Notes: generated by a model not told the origin, from the sequence alone. A DNA stretch of 64,000 nucleotides from a bacterium (GCA_963643175.1 CAVIJF010000003.1:9649-73648); one strand, 5' to 3'. Shown: positions 55,464 through 64,000, counted from the first letter of the stretch. A program made the numbers and translations.

Positions 55464-55994
55464 ATGACGGAGCAGGATTTGGAAGGCAAGGGAACCCCGC
55501 CCGCAGCGGAGCGCCCGGCACGGGCGCCGCGCCTGCGCGCGGAGCGGATGCAGAACACCCCCGCCCATCTGGAGGGCTGTGCCGCCCTTGAAAAGTTGTG
55601 CTTCCGGGAGCCGTGGAGCGCCCACAGTCTGGAACTGCTGTGCACGGACGGCATCGGCGTCGGGTTTCTCTGCACCGGGAGCATTCCGCCCGGCGGCGGG
55701 CAGGGCGTCGTCGCCTACGGCGGCATGATGGTCGCGGTGGACGAGGGGCAGATTACCAACATTGCAGTGCACCCCGCCTGCCGCCGCCGGGGCTACGGAC
55801 AGGCGGTGCTGACTGCCCTCATCCGCTATGCGAAGGCGGAGCATCTGGCGTCAATCACGCTGGAGGTGCGCCCGTCCAATCAGGCGGCGCTGGCGCTCTA
55901 CCGCCACAGCGGCTTTGCCGAGGTCGGACGGCGTAAGAATTTCTACACCAAGCCCACGGAGGACGCGCTGATTCTCACACTTCGGCTCAAGTAA
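55464..55994 (+). CDS. rimI: GNAT N-acetyltransferase, ribosomal-protein-alanine acetyltransferase RimI-like
   Basis: ITNIAVHPACRRRGYGQAVL...LEVRPSNQAALALYRHSGF. RBS GGAGGG sits before the ATG at 55464. Confidence 0.8.
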   Translation: MTEQDLEGKGTPPAAERPARAPRLRAERMQNTPAHLEGCAALEKLCFREPWSAHSLELLCTDGIGVGFLCTGSIPPGGGQGVVAYGGMMVAVDEGQITNIAVHPACRRRGYGQAVLTALIRYAKAEHLASITLEVRPSNQAALALYRHSGFAEVGRRKNFYTKPTEDALILTLRLK

Positions 55995-56095
55995 GGAGTA
56001 TTACAGGACGCTCCGCACCGGGAACCGCTTCAGCCGGTCTAGGTCGCGCCACGCCAAAGCCGGATTCCGGTCGTTGATAACGCCGTTATGGATAA

Positions 56096-56631
56096 TCAGG
56101 TGCATGATGCCCGGCTCGGGGGATTGATGCCCGGCTCCCGCGCGGTCGCCTGCCGCTCGGAGGCGCGCAGGGTGACGGAGAGCTGTCCGTTCGGCTCGGC
56201 GATGGCATACTCCACCTGTTCCGGGTCGGCAACGCCCTTCTGCCGCAGGTGGGAGAACAGCTCCTCTGCCGATATGCGGCTTTTTTCATGGCGGCGGCGT
56301 CCGGTTTGCCGTGCCGGATCAGGATGGCAGGACGTACCGACAGCATTTTCTTGAGTACCGGAATGTGCAGCAGCAGTCCGGAGTGCAGAACCTCAAGGGA
56401 CAGCAGCGTCAGAATCGGCAGGATGGCGAAGGCAATCGGAATGTCCTGATTGGTGACGGGCAGGAACGCAACCTCGGACAGCAGCAGCGTCGTGACCAGC
56501 TCGGACACCTCCAGCTCGCCCAGCTGGCGCTTGCCCGTGATGCGCATGGTCACAATCAGCGTCAGGTAAATAATCAGCGTGCGCAGCAGAATTGTCAGCA
56601 GAAAAATCTCCCGGACACACAGGATACGCAT
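56096..56631 (-). pseudogene. DUF421 (YetF-family) membrane protein gene interrupted by a 1-nt frameshift in an A6 run
   Basis: The N-terminal frame gives the DUF421 TM part up to ...ILIRHGKPDAAAMKK. The family C-domain RISAEELFSHLRQKGVADPEQVEYAIAEPNGQLSVTL continues in the +1 frame after the run (T6 on the plus strand at 56281-56286). Confidence 0.75.
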
Positions 56632-56691
56632 AGTGTGTCCGGGAGATTTTTCTGTATGCGGCGGAATGTTTTCCGGCACGGACAGCCGGCG

Positions 56692-57627
56692 TCAGAGCAG
56701 GAACAGCTTAATCATTTTGACCGCTGTCCCGTCCGGGTAGTCGCGCACCTCACCCAGCGCGAAGAACCTGCCGTCCGCGCCGTACAGCCGCAGGCGCACG
56801 CCGACCGGGTACGGGTGGCGCAGACCGAGCCGGGACTGGTACAGCTCACAGCCACTCCGGCACAGCCGCGTGCGGAAGGCAGACAGCGACAGCTGCGGCA
56901 GGTCGGAGAACAGCGTTTCCACCGGCAAGAGACAGGCGACGCGCTCCGCCGGCGTCAGGGCGTCCAGCTGCTCCGGTGTCCGGCAGTCGGCGACGGAGTA
57001 CCCGCTTGCCGCCGTGCGGCGCAGTGCCGCCATGACGCCGCCGCACCCCAACGCATCGCCTATGTCGGCGCACAGCGTGCGGATGTAGGTGCCGCCGGAG
57101 CAGGTGACGCGCAGGCGGAAATCGGAGGGCAGGGAATCCGGCTCCGCCGTCAGCGCCCGGATTTCCACGGGGCGCGGCTGGCGCTCCACGGTGCCGCCCG
57201 CCCGTGCAATGTCGCATAGCTTGCGCCCGCCCACCTTCAGGGCGGAGTACATGGGCGGGGTCTGCATAATCCCGCCGCGGAAGCGGGGCAGAACCGCCTC
57301 CAATGCCGCTCTGTCTGGCAGGGCGGCTGCCGGGGCGGTCGAAAGGACGGTGCCGGTCGTGTCCTCGGTGTCCGTGCGCAGTCCCAGACGCAGAACGGCG
57401 TCGTAGGATTTTTCGTCGTGCGACACATACTCGGATGCCTTCGCCGCCCGTCCCAGCAGCAGAATCAGCACGCCGGTCGCCATGGGGTCGAGCGTGCCGG
57501 TGTGCCCGACCTGCCGGGTGCCGAACAGGCGGCGGACGCGGGACACGACGTCGTGCGAGGTCATGCCTGCGGGTTTGTCTATGAGCAGAACGCCGTCCGG
57601 CGCGGCGCTTGTTTCGGTTGCGGTCAT
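56692..57627 (-). CDS. truB: tRNA pseudouridine(55) synthase TruB
   Basis: GVLLIDKPAGMTSHDVV...GHTGTLDPMATGVL catalytic Asp motif and a C-terminal PUA-like region. Confidence 0.92.
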   Translation of the reverse strand: MTATETSAAPDGVLLIDKPAGMTSHDVVSRVRRLFGTRQVGHTGTLDPMATGVLILLLGRAAKASEYVSHDEKSYDAVLRLGLRTDTEDTTGTVLSTAPAAALPDRAALEAVLPRFRGGIMQTPPMYSALKVGGRKLCDIARAGGTVERQPRPVEIRALTAEPDSLPSDFRLRVTCSGGTYIRTLCADIGDALGCGGVMAALRRTAASGYSVADCRTPEQLDALTPAERVACLLPVETLFSDLPQLSLSAFRTRLCRSGCELYQSRLGLRHPYPVGVRLRLYGADGRFFALGEVRDYPDGTAVKMIKLFLL

Positions 57628-57679
57628 TCTCTGCGATACCTCACTGTGTGCGAATCAGCGGTTTCCCGCTTTCCGGGGT

Positions 57680-57708
57680 ATTGTACCATATCTGCGCGGC
57701 ACTGTCAA
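57680..57708 (-). promoter_or_regulatory. Sigma-70-type promoter of truB
   Basis: The minus strand reads TTGACA-17 nt-TACAAT. Confidence 0.5.
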
Positions 57709-57745
57709 GTCACAAATAATTAACAAATAAATACCGCTCCTGCGG

Positions 57746-57774
57746 TTGACGGCTGTTCGCAATGGTGTTATAAT
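57746..57774 (+). promoter_or_regulatory. Sigma-70-type promoter of the biotin-decarboxylase cluster
   Basis: TTGACG-17 nt-TATAAT with an extended -10 TG. A second GGTATAAT lies 10 nt downstream. Confidence 0.55.
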
Positions 57775-57920
57775 TTGGTATAATCGGGGAAGGATGGGTC
57801 TTTTTGGAAGGCGCATTTTGCCCAGAAAAAGTACGTAAATCGGGTCGGCGGAAGCCGGAAATGAGCATCTGCGGGGCAGACGCCAGCCGGGTCAGCCGGT
57901 CAGGAAAGGAACTACGGTTT

Positions 57921-59276
57921 ATGGATATGGAAAAGAAGGACACCAAGGGTCGTGCGGCGATTGTTTCGCTGTTTGACGAGGGTACCTTTGTCGAAATGGG
58001 TGCGTTTGTCCGCAGACAGGGCGAGACGTATGACGCAGTGCTCTGCGGCTACGGCGCGGTCGGCGGCAAGCTGACCTTTGCCTTCGCGCAGGACGCGGAC
58101 CGGCAGAAGGGCGCCTTTGATGCGGTCGGAGCCGCCAAGATTGCCCGGCTGTACGAGCAGGCGGTGCGCACGGGTGCACCGGTCGTGGGCGTGCTGAACA
58201 GCGCCGGTGCCGTCGTGACCGACGGGGCGGGTGCCCTGTCCGCTTACGGAAAGCTGATGAAGTGCGTCTCGGACGCCTCCGGCATCATTCCGCAGATTGC
58301 GCTGGTCGAGGGCGTCTGCGGCGGCATGGCTGCCGTTGCTGCCGGGCTGTTTGACCTTACCGTTACGGTGAAGGATCAGTCCGAATTGTTTGTCAATCCG
58401 CCCTTCAATGTCGGCGCGGAGACGGGGAAGACCGCGTATGCCGCCGCGAACGGACTGTCCGCGCTGACGGCTGAATCGCAGGATGCCGCCGTTGCCGCCG
58501 TCCGCACGCTGATCGGTCTGCTGCCCCGCAACAACGCGGACAGCGCCGATACCGATCCTGCCGATGCGCCTGACCGCCCGGTCAGTCCCGCCGGTCTGAC
58601 CGGCGCCGCGCTGGTTGCCGAGCTTGCCGATGCGGGCAGCTTCACCGAGCTGTATGCCGCCTGCGGGCAGGAGCTGACCGTCGGTCTTTGCCGCATGGGC
58701 GGCATGACGGTGGGCGTGGTCGCCGGAAACGGCGCCGCCGATGCGGGCAGGCTGACTGCCTCCGGCGCTGTCAAGGCGGCGCGGCTGGTGAATTTCTGCG
58801 ACGCGTTCTCCCTGCCGGTGCTGACGCTGGCGGACAACGCCGGACTGGCGATGCGCGCCGATCCCGCCCTTGCCGGGGCGCTGGGCAAGCTGGCGTCTGC
58901 CTATGCCGGTGCAACCTGCCCGAAGGTAACAGCCGTGACCGGTAAGGCATACGGCGCTGCCTTCACTCTGCTGGGTTCGCGTGCGCTTGGTGCCGACCTG
59001 ACGCTGGCTCTGCCGGATGCGGTAGTCAGCGTGATGGATCCCGCTGCCGCCGTGGCGTTCCTGCGCAACGATGCCGTGACTGCCGGAACCTCCCGCGCGT
59101 CGGTCGAGGCGACATGGACGGCAGAGAATCAGGCGGATGCCGCCGCCGCAGGCGGGGACATCGACGATGTGATTCCCGCTGAGGAACTGCGTGCCCGCCT
59201 GTGTGCCGCGTTCTATATGCTCTCGGACAAGGCAAGCGGTACGCCTGACCGCAAGCACGGCGTGCTGCCTCTGTGA
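57921..59276 (+). CDS. Acyl-CoA carboxyltransferase-family subunit (MmdA/GcdA/12S-like), short and divergent
   Basis: Two crotonase-like halves are alignable by eye to the carboxyl transferase family (VGVVAGN...AVKAARLVNFCDAFSLPVLTLADNAG...KVTAVTGKAYGAAF...GDIDDVIPAEELR...KHGVLPL). Confidence 0.7.
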   Translation: MDMEKKDTKGRAAIVSLFDEGTFVEMGAFVRRQGETYDAVLCGYGAVGGKLTFAFAQDADRQKGAFDAVGAAKIARLYEQAVRTGAPVVGVLNSAGAVVTDGAGALSAYGKLMKCVSDASGIIPQIALVEGVCGGMAAVAAGLFDLTVTVKDQSELFVNPPFNVGAETGKTAYAAANGLSALTAESQDAAVAAVRTLIGLLPRNNADSADTDPADAPDRPVSPAGLTGAALVAELADAGSFTELYAACGQELTVGLCRMGGMTVGVVAGNGAADAGRLTASGAVKAARLVNFCDAFSLPVLTLADNAGLAMRADPALAGALGKLASAYAGATCPKVTAVTGKAYGAAFTLLGSRALGADLTLALPDAVVSVMDPAAAVAFLRNDAVTAGTSRASVEATWTAENQADAAAAGGDIDDVIPAEELRARLCAAFYMLSDKASGTPDRKHGVLPL

Positions 59277-59290
59277 GAGGAGCGTTTCCT

Positions 59291-59719
59291 ATGAATATGT
59301 TTACCCTTCAGACCCTTGCCGCCGCAGCGGCGCAGTCCGGGGAAGATCTGGGCGGCTTCATGTCGTCCGAACGGCTGGAACTTGCCGGTCAGGTCGTGCT
59401 GATCGGTATGGGCATGGTGTTTTCCGTGCTGGCACTGCTGTGGGGCGTGCTTGCCCTTTTCGGAAAACTCATGACGTCCGGAAAAGCCGGAAAGGCTAAG
59501 GACGGGGAGCCTGCCCCTGCCACGGAAGAAGTCCCGGCTGCGGAACCTGCCGTACAGCCTGAGGAAGCACACGCCGCGGAGACTGCGGAGGAGGACGACG
59601 AGGAACTGGTTGCCATACTCACCGCCGCCGTGGCTGCCGCCATTGCGTCGGACGAGGAGCTGTCCTCCCGCTTTGCAAGCGGGTTCCGCGTGGTTTCCTT
59701 CAGGAAAGCCGGGCACTGA
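59291..59719 (+). CDS. OadG/MmdD-like small membrane subunit of Na+-translocating decarboxylase
   Basis: A single N-terminal TM helix (VVLIGMGMVFSVLALLWGVLALF) followed by an Ala/Glu/Pro-rich tail. RBS is GAGAGGAG. Confidence 0.65.
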   Translation: MNMFTLQTLAAAAAQSGEDLGGFMSSERLELAGQVVLIGMGMVFSVLALLWGVLALFGKLMTSGKAGKAKDGEPAPATEEVPAAEPAVQPEEAHAAETAEEDDEELVAILTAAVAAAIASDEELSSRFASGFRVVSFRKAGH

Positions 59720-59772
59720 GAGCCGGGCAAAGAATCTGCCTAATTTATGCTGATGTGAAAGGATATACTGCC

Positions 59773-60144
59773 ATGAAAAAGAGATTTATCGTTACACTGA
59801 ACGGCAACGCCTATGACCTGACCGTCGAGGAGGCGGATGCCTCCGCCGCCGTGACTGCTGCCGCCCCCGCCGCGCCTGCCGCACCCAAGGCGGCTCCCGC
59901 TCCGGCACCCAAGGCTGCCGCTGCCGCCGGCTCCGTCGCGGTCAAGGCTCCCCTGCAGGGAACCGTCATGAAGGTCAACGTCAAGCCGGGTGACACCGTG
60001 AAGAGAGGCGCCGCCGTGGCTGTCATTGAGGCGCTCAAGATGGAGAACGACGTGCCCGCACCGCAGGACGGCGTGGTGGCAAGCGTTGAGGTCAAGAGCG
60101 GCGATTCCGTCAAGACGGATCAGGTTCTTCTGACCCTGAAGTAA
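59773..60144 (+). CDS. Biotin carboxyl carrier protein (123 aa, 1.3S/MmdC-like)
   Basis: Ala/Pro linker then a biotinyl domain with EALKMEN (biotinyl-lysine motif). Confidence 0.85.
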   Translation: MKKRFIVTLNGNAYDLTVEEADASAAVTAAAPAAPAAPKAAPAPAPKAAAAAGSVAVKAPLQGTVMKVNVKPGDTVKRGAAVAVIEALKMENDVPAPQDGVVASVEVKSGDSVKTDQVLLTLK

Positions 60145-60218
60145 GGCGACGCGCTCCGAGACTTGTCCGGGCATAGCCGGTGTTCCGCCCCGGACGGAAT
60201 GAAAGGAAAACCACCATT

Positions 60219-61439
60219 ATGCTTGATAGTTTGTTGAATTTTCTGACCAAAACGGGTGTCTGGAAGCTGCTCTTCAAGAGCGGCGACCAGTTTACTTTAG
60301 CGGGAAGCGGCTGGGCATTCAACACCGCCTGCTGGCAGACGCTGGTCATGCTCCTGATTGTAGGGGTGCTGGTCTACCTTGCCATCAAACGCGGCTTTGA
60401 GCCGCTGCTGCTCCTGCCCATCGCCATCGGGATGCTGCTGACCAATCTGCCCGGCGCAGGCATTTTCCATCTGGATTACTTTATCGCGGATGAGATTGAC
60501 TACGCCTTTATCCTCCACAACGGCGGATTTCTGGATATGCTGTACCTCGGCGTCAAGCTCGGCGTGTACCCCTGCCTGATTTTCATCGGCATCGGTGCCA
60601 TGACCGACTTCTCCCCGCTGATTGCAAATCCCAAGAGCCTGCTGATCGGCGCGGGCGCACAGCTCGGCGTGTTCGTTGCGTTTGCGGTTGCCCTGCTGTC
60701 CGGACAGTTCAGCCCGGCGGAGGCAATGTCCATCGGTATCATCGGCGGCGCGGACGGACCGACCGCCATTCTGGTGACCAAGACGCTGGCGCCGGCTCTG
60801 CTGGGTGCAATCGCCATTGCCGCGTACAGCTACATGGCACTGATTCCCATGATTCAGCCGCCCTTCATGAGACTGCTGACAACCCGGAAGGAGCGCACCA
60901 TCCGCATGGATGCCCTGCGCCCGGTTTCCATGCTGGAAAAGATTCTGTTTCCCATCGTTGTGACTGCCATTGTCGGGCTTATCGTGCCGGATGCGCTGGT
61001 GCTGGTCGGCTGCCTGATGTTCGGGAACCTGCTCAATGTCTGCGGCGTGACCGACCGTCTGTCCAAGACCGCACAGAACGAACTGATGAATATCGTCACC
61101 ATCTTCCTCGGTATTTCGGTGGGTGCGACCGCAAGCGCGGAGAACTTCCTGCGTCCGCAGACGCTGCTCATCATCGCGCTGGGACTGGTTGCCTTCTCCA
61201 TTTCCACCTGCGGCGGACTGCTGACCGCGAAGGTTATGAATGTCGTCTGCGGCGGCACCATCAACCCGCTTATCGGCTCTGCCGGCGTGTCTGCCGTGCC
61301 GATGGCGGCGCGCGTTTCCCAGCTTGAGGGGCAGAAGTACGACCCCACCAACTTCCTGCTTATGCACGCCATGGGTCCCAATGTGGCGGGCGTCATCGGG
61401 TCGGCGGTTGCCGCCGGGGTGTTCCTTGCATGGGTATAA
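60219..61439 (+). CDS. Na+-translocating decarboxylase beta subunit (OadB/MmdB/GcdB family)
   Basis: About 10 TM helices. Family-typical motifs include FEPLLLLPIAIGMLLTNLP, GIIGGADGPT and GSAGVSAVPMAARV. Confidence 0.88.
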   Translation: MLDSLLNFLTKTGVWKLLFKSGDQFTLAGSGWAFNTACWQTLVMLLIVGVLVYLAIKRGFEPLLLLPIAIGMLLTNLPGAGIFHLDYFIADEIDYAFILHNGGFLDMLYLGVKLGVYPCLIFIGIGAMTDFSPLIANPKSLLIGAGAQLGVFVAFAVALLSGQFSPAEAMSIGIIGGADGPTAILVTKTLAPALLGAIAIAAYSYMALIPMIQPPFMRLLTTRKERTIRMDALRPVSMLEKILFPIVVTAIVGLIVPDALVLVGCLMFGNLLNVCGVTDRLSKTAQNELMNIVTIFLGISVGATASAENFLRPQTLLIIALGLVAFSISTCGGLLTAKVMNVVCGGTINPLIGSAGVSAVPMAARVSQLEGQKYDPTNFLLMHAMGPNVAGVIGSAVAAGVFLAWV

Positions 61440-61454
61440 AAGTGAAAGGATTGT

Positions 61455-62864
61455 GTGATTGAAATGAGTCAGGTAAAGATTACCGAAACGGTTCTGCGTG
61501 ATGCGCACCAGTCGCTGATTGCCACGCGGATGACCACCGAGGAAATGCTCCCGATTCTGGAAGCCATGGACGACGTGGGATACTACTCGCTGGAGGCATG
61601 GGGCGGCGCGACGTTTGACGCCTGTATGCGCTTCCTGAACGAGGATCCGTGGGAGCGCCTGCGCAAGATCCGCGACCGCGTTAAAAAGACAAAGCTGCAG
61701 ATGCTGTTCCGCGGACAGAACATCCTCGGATACCGCCACTACGCGGATGACGTGGTGGAGTACTTCGTGCAGAAGTCCATTGCCAACGGCATTGACATCA
61801 TCCGTATCTTCGATGCGCTGAACGATCCCCGCAACCTCAAGACCGCTATCAACGCGACCATCCGGGAGGGCGGGCACGTGCAGGCGGCGTTCAGCTACAC
61901 CACCGGTCCTGTGTACACCACCGAATACTACCGCAGCTATGCCAAGCAGCTTGAGGAGATGGGCGCAAATTCCATCTGCATCAAGGATATGGCAGGTTTG
62001 CTCAAGCCGTATGAGGCATACGAACTGGTGCGCACGCTCAAGGAGAGCGTCAGCATCCCGATTCAGCTGCACACGCATTATACGTCCGGACTGGCGTCCA
62101 TGACGCTCATGAAGGCGGTCGAGGCGGGCGTGGATGTTATCGATACCGCACTGTCCCCGCTGGCAATGGGTACCTCCCAGCCGCCCACAGAGTCCATGGT
62201 TGCCGCCCTTGCCGGAACCGAGTACGACACCGGGCTTGACCTTGCCAAGCTGGACGTGCTGACCCGGTACTTCACGCCCCTGCGTGAGAAGTACCTCAAG
62301 AGCGGTCTGCTTGACCCCAAGGTGCTGAAGGTCAACGTCAACGCACTGATGTATCAGGTGCCGGGCGGAATGCTGTCCAACCTGATGTCTCAGCTCAAGC
62401 AGGCGGGCAAGGAGGATCAGCTCACCGCCGTGCTGGAGGAAGTGCCGCGCGTGCGCGCCGATGTCGGGTATCCCCCGCTGGTCACGCCCTCGTCCCAGAT
62501 TGTCGGAACGCAGGCTGTGTTCAACGTGCTGACCGGTGAGCGCTACAAGACCGTTACCAAGGAATTCAAGGACATCGTGCTGGGCAAGTACGGCAAGACG
62601 CCGGTGCCCATCAAGCCCGAGTTCGTGAAGAAAATCTGCGGGGACGCCAAGCCGATTACCTACCGCCCCGCCGACGACCTCAAGCCGGAGTTGGCGACAC
62701 TGCGTGCCGCCATGCCGCAGGGACTGATGGAGCAGGAGGAGGACGTGCTGTCCTACGCCCTGTTCGATAAGGTTGCACTCAAGTTCTTCGAGTACCGGAA
62801 GGCGCAGAAGTACGGCGTTGACGGCGAGCACGCCGATGCCGCCGCAGGAATCCATACCATCTGA
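61455..62864 (+). CDS. Oxaloacetate decarboxylase alpha / pyruvate carboxyltransferase subunit (5S-like; HMGL TIM barrel plus PYC_OADA domain, no biotinyl domain)
   Basis: ITETVLRDAHQSL...EAWGGATFD...ICIKDMAGLL...HTHYTSG. It ends without a BCCP domain. The start may instead be the ATG at 61464. Confidence 0.88.
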   Translation: MIEMSQVKITETVLRDAHQSLIATRMTTEEMLPILEAMDDVGYYSLEAWGGATFDACMRFLNEDPWERLRKIRDRVKKTKLQMLFRGQNILGYRHYADDVVEYFVQKSIANGIDIIRIFDALNDPRNLKTAINATIREGGHVQAAFSYTTGPVYTTEYYRSYAKQLEEMGANSICIKDMAGLLKPYEAYELVRTLKESVSIPIQLHTHYTSGLASMTLMKAVEAGVDVIDTALSPLAMGTSQPPTESMVAALAGTEYDTGLDLAKLDVLTRYFTPLREKYLKSGLLDPKVLKVNVNALMYQVPGGMLSNLMSQLKQAGKEDQLTAVLEEVPRVRADVGYPPLVTPSSQIVGTQAVFNVLTGERYKTVTKEFKDIVLGKYGKTPVPIKPEFVKKICGDAKPITYRPADDLKPELATLRAAMPQGLMEQEEDVLSYALFDKVALKFFEYRKAQKYGVDGEHADAAAGIHTI

Positions 62865-62885
62865 CAGACAGCAGACTGTGCCTTT

Positions 62886-62917
62886 GCGGCTCCGCCCTCC
62901 GGACGGAGCCGCATTTT
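62886..62917 (+). terminator. Intrinsic terminator of the decarboxylase cluster
   Basis: GCGGCTCCG-ccctccgga-CGGAGCCGC followed by ATTTT. Confidence 0.6.
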
Positions 62918-62963
62918 GCCCAATGCGGACGGAAACCGGAACCGCAGCAAAGAAAGGAGACGC

Positions 62964-64000
62964 CATGCCGCACGTAACCGATTATATTCAGTGGCGGGGA
63001 GATATTCCCTTTGAAAACGATCCGCTCAACGAGGTGGACAATCTGATTTTCTGCCTTTTGTCCTATGTCGAACTGGACGGCTCTGTCCCGTCCGACCCGA
63101 ACCGGTGCGTGACGCTCCGGGAGGCGGCGAAGGAGTATTTCTTCACGCACGACCCGAAGGACGAGCGCCCGCTGGGGCTTATCGTGCCGCGGGAGATTGT
63201 CGCCCTGTTCCGCCAGATGGCGGATGCGCCGCGCTACCGCGATCTGCGGCTGTGCGGCTATGTCAACGAGATATGCGAGAAAAAGCAGGTGCAGTTCTCG
63301 GCGCTGACTGTCCGCCTGCCGGACGATACGTGGTTCGCGGCGGTGCGCGGTACCGACGATACCATTGTCGGCTGGCGGGAGGACTTCAACCTGTCGTGGA
63401 TGGATGAGGTGCCGGCTCAGCGCATGACGGCGGAGTATCTGGACAGCCTGCCCCTGACGGACAAATCCCGCCTGTATGTCGGCGGGCATTCCAAGGGCGG
63501 CAATCTGGCTGTATGGGGGGCGGTTCACGCCTCACCTGCCACGCGGGACCGGATTGTCCGGGTGTTTAGCAATGACGGACCCGGCTTCTCGGACAAAATG
63601 CTGGAGTCGGAGGCATACCGCACGCTCGCCGACCGCATCGACTGTCTGGTTCCGCAGTCCTCCCTTGTCGGAATGCTGCTGTCGCATGACGACTACGACG
63701 TCATCCGCAGCAGCCAACTGGGCATTTTCCAGCACAACGGACTGTCGTGGGAGGTCATGGGAGGCTCCTTTGTCCGGGCGCATCAGCTGTCCGGGCAGGG
63801 AAGGCGCAATGACAGCGTAATCCGCGCCCGCATCGACTCCATGACCACGGAGGACAGGAAGAAGTTCACCGAGCTGTTCTTCGGCATTCTGGGGTCCACC
63901 GGCGCCCGCACGCTCACCGAGCTGAACGCCGGCTCTATCCGGAACGTCATCACCATGCTCCGCACAGTCAGTGACATGGACCGGGACACCAAGGAGATGG
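62964..64000 (+). CDS. Alpha/beta-hydrolase-like protein, DUF2974 (Mbeg1-like) family, 3' end cut by window edge
   Basis: This ORF is not in the track because it has no stop. Hand translation from the ATG at 62964 (RBS AAAGGAG) is stop-free to the window end. It has a lipase-type nucleophile elbow GGHSKGG. Confidence 0.7.

Noticed and set aside
56105-56137. A 13-nt direct repeat TGATGCCCGGCTC spaced 20 bp apart near the 3' end of the DUF421 gene.
   Set aside because: It is a short local duplication within the coding tail (REPGIN..SRAS). It plays no role in the frameshift, which maps to the A6 run 145 nt upstream.
1-64000. Mobile elements, prophage, CRISPR-Cas, restriction-modification, toxin-antitoxin or other defence islands.
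   Set aside because: No ORF of realistic composition shows integrase, transposase, recombinase, Cas, methylase/nuclease or phage structural signatures. Gene order is conserved housekeeping synteny (ylxM-ffh-rpsP, infC-rpmI-rplT, dprA-topA-trmFO, plsX-rnc-smc-ftsY, nadD-yqeK-rsfS).

Overview
GC-rich chromosomal segment, visually about 60-65 percent GC (not computed). Gene content, GGAGG-type ribosome binding sites and TTGACA-17-TATAAT promoters point to a high-GC Firmicutes/Clostridia genome (Oscillospiraceae-like; this is inference only). The content is almost entirely core housekeeping. I saw no transposase, integrase, phage gene, CRISPR array or recognisable defence system. Left to right: a truncated ABC exporter, a small membrane protein, a BspA-type LRR protein, a large cytoplasmic glycoside-hydrolase-like protein with a GDPD phosphodiesterase, pgi, proBAC (minus strand), DUF624 and MATE membrane proteins, and rpsU (absent from the ORF track). 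Next come a 105-aa orphan, a class-C-like serine hydrolase, DUF4317 and a Cys-rich mini-protein. A minus-strand operon follows: a ParE/GyrB-like topoisomerase B subunit, two unknown membrane proteins and nth. Then ylxM-ffh-rpsP-KH, citrate synthase, rpsB-tsf, tRNA-Glu(CUC), an acetyltransferase, a divergent ECF-S-like/MocR pair, GTP-PEPCK and infC(ATA start)-rpmI-rplT. After that: a TrmH-family methylase, dprA-topA-trmFO, plsX-rnc-smc-ftsY, an rdgB-yhbY fusion, nadD-yqeK-rsfS, dCMP deaminase, rimI, a frameshifted DUF421 gene and truB. The window ends with a five-gene Na+-decarboxylase/transcarboxylase-like biotin enzyme cluster and a truncated DUF2974-type hydrolase. Most notable observations: (1) six same-orientation copies of a modular two-hairpin GC-rich intergenic repeat with compensatory stem variants; (2) a biotin-enzyme cluster combining 12S-like, 5S-like and 1.3S-like transcarboxylase parts with membrane beta/gamma decarboxylase subunits; (3) a hairpin motif with a compensatory base change shared by two unrelated 5' leaders; (4) an in-frame RdgB-YhbY fusion; (5) a poly-A frameshift in a DUF421 gene; (6) an orphan topoisomerase B subunit co-operonic with two unknown membrane proteins. 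All product calls come from motif or family recognition by eye. No database search was run.
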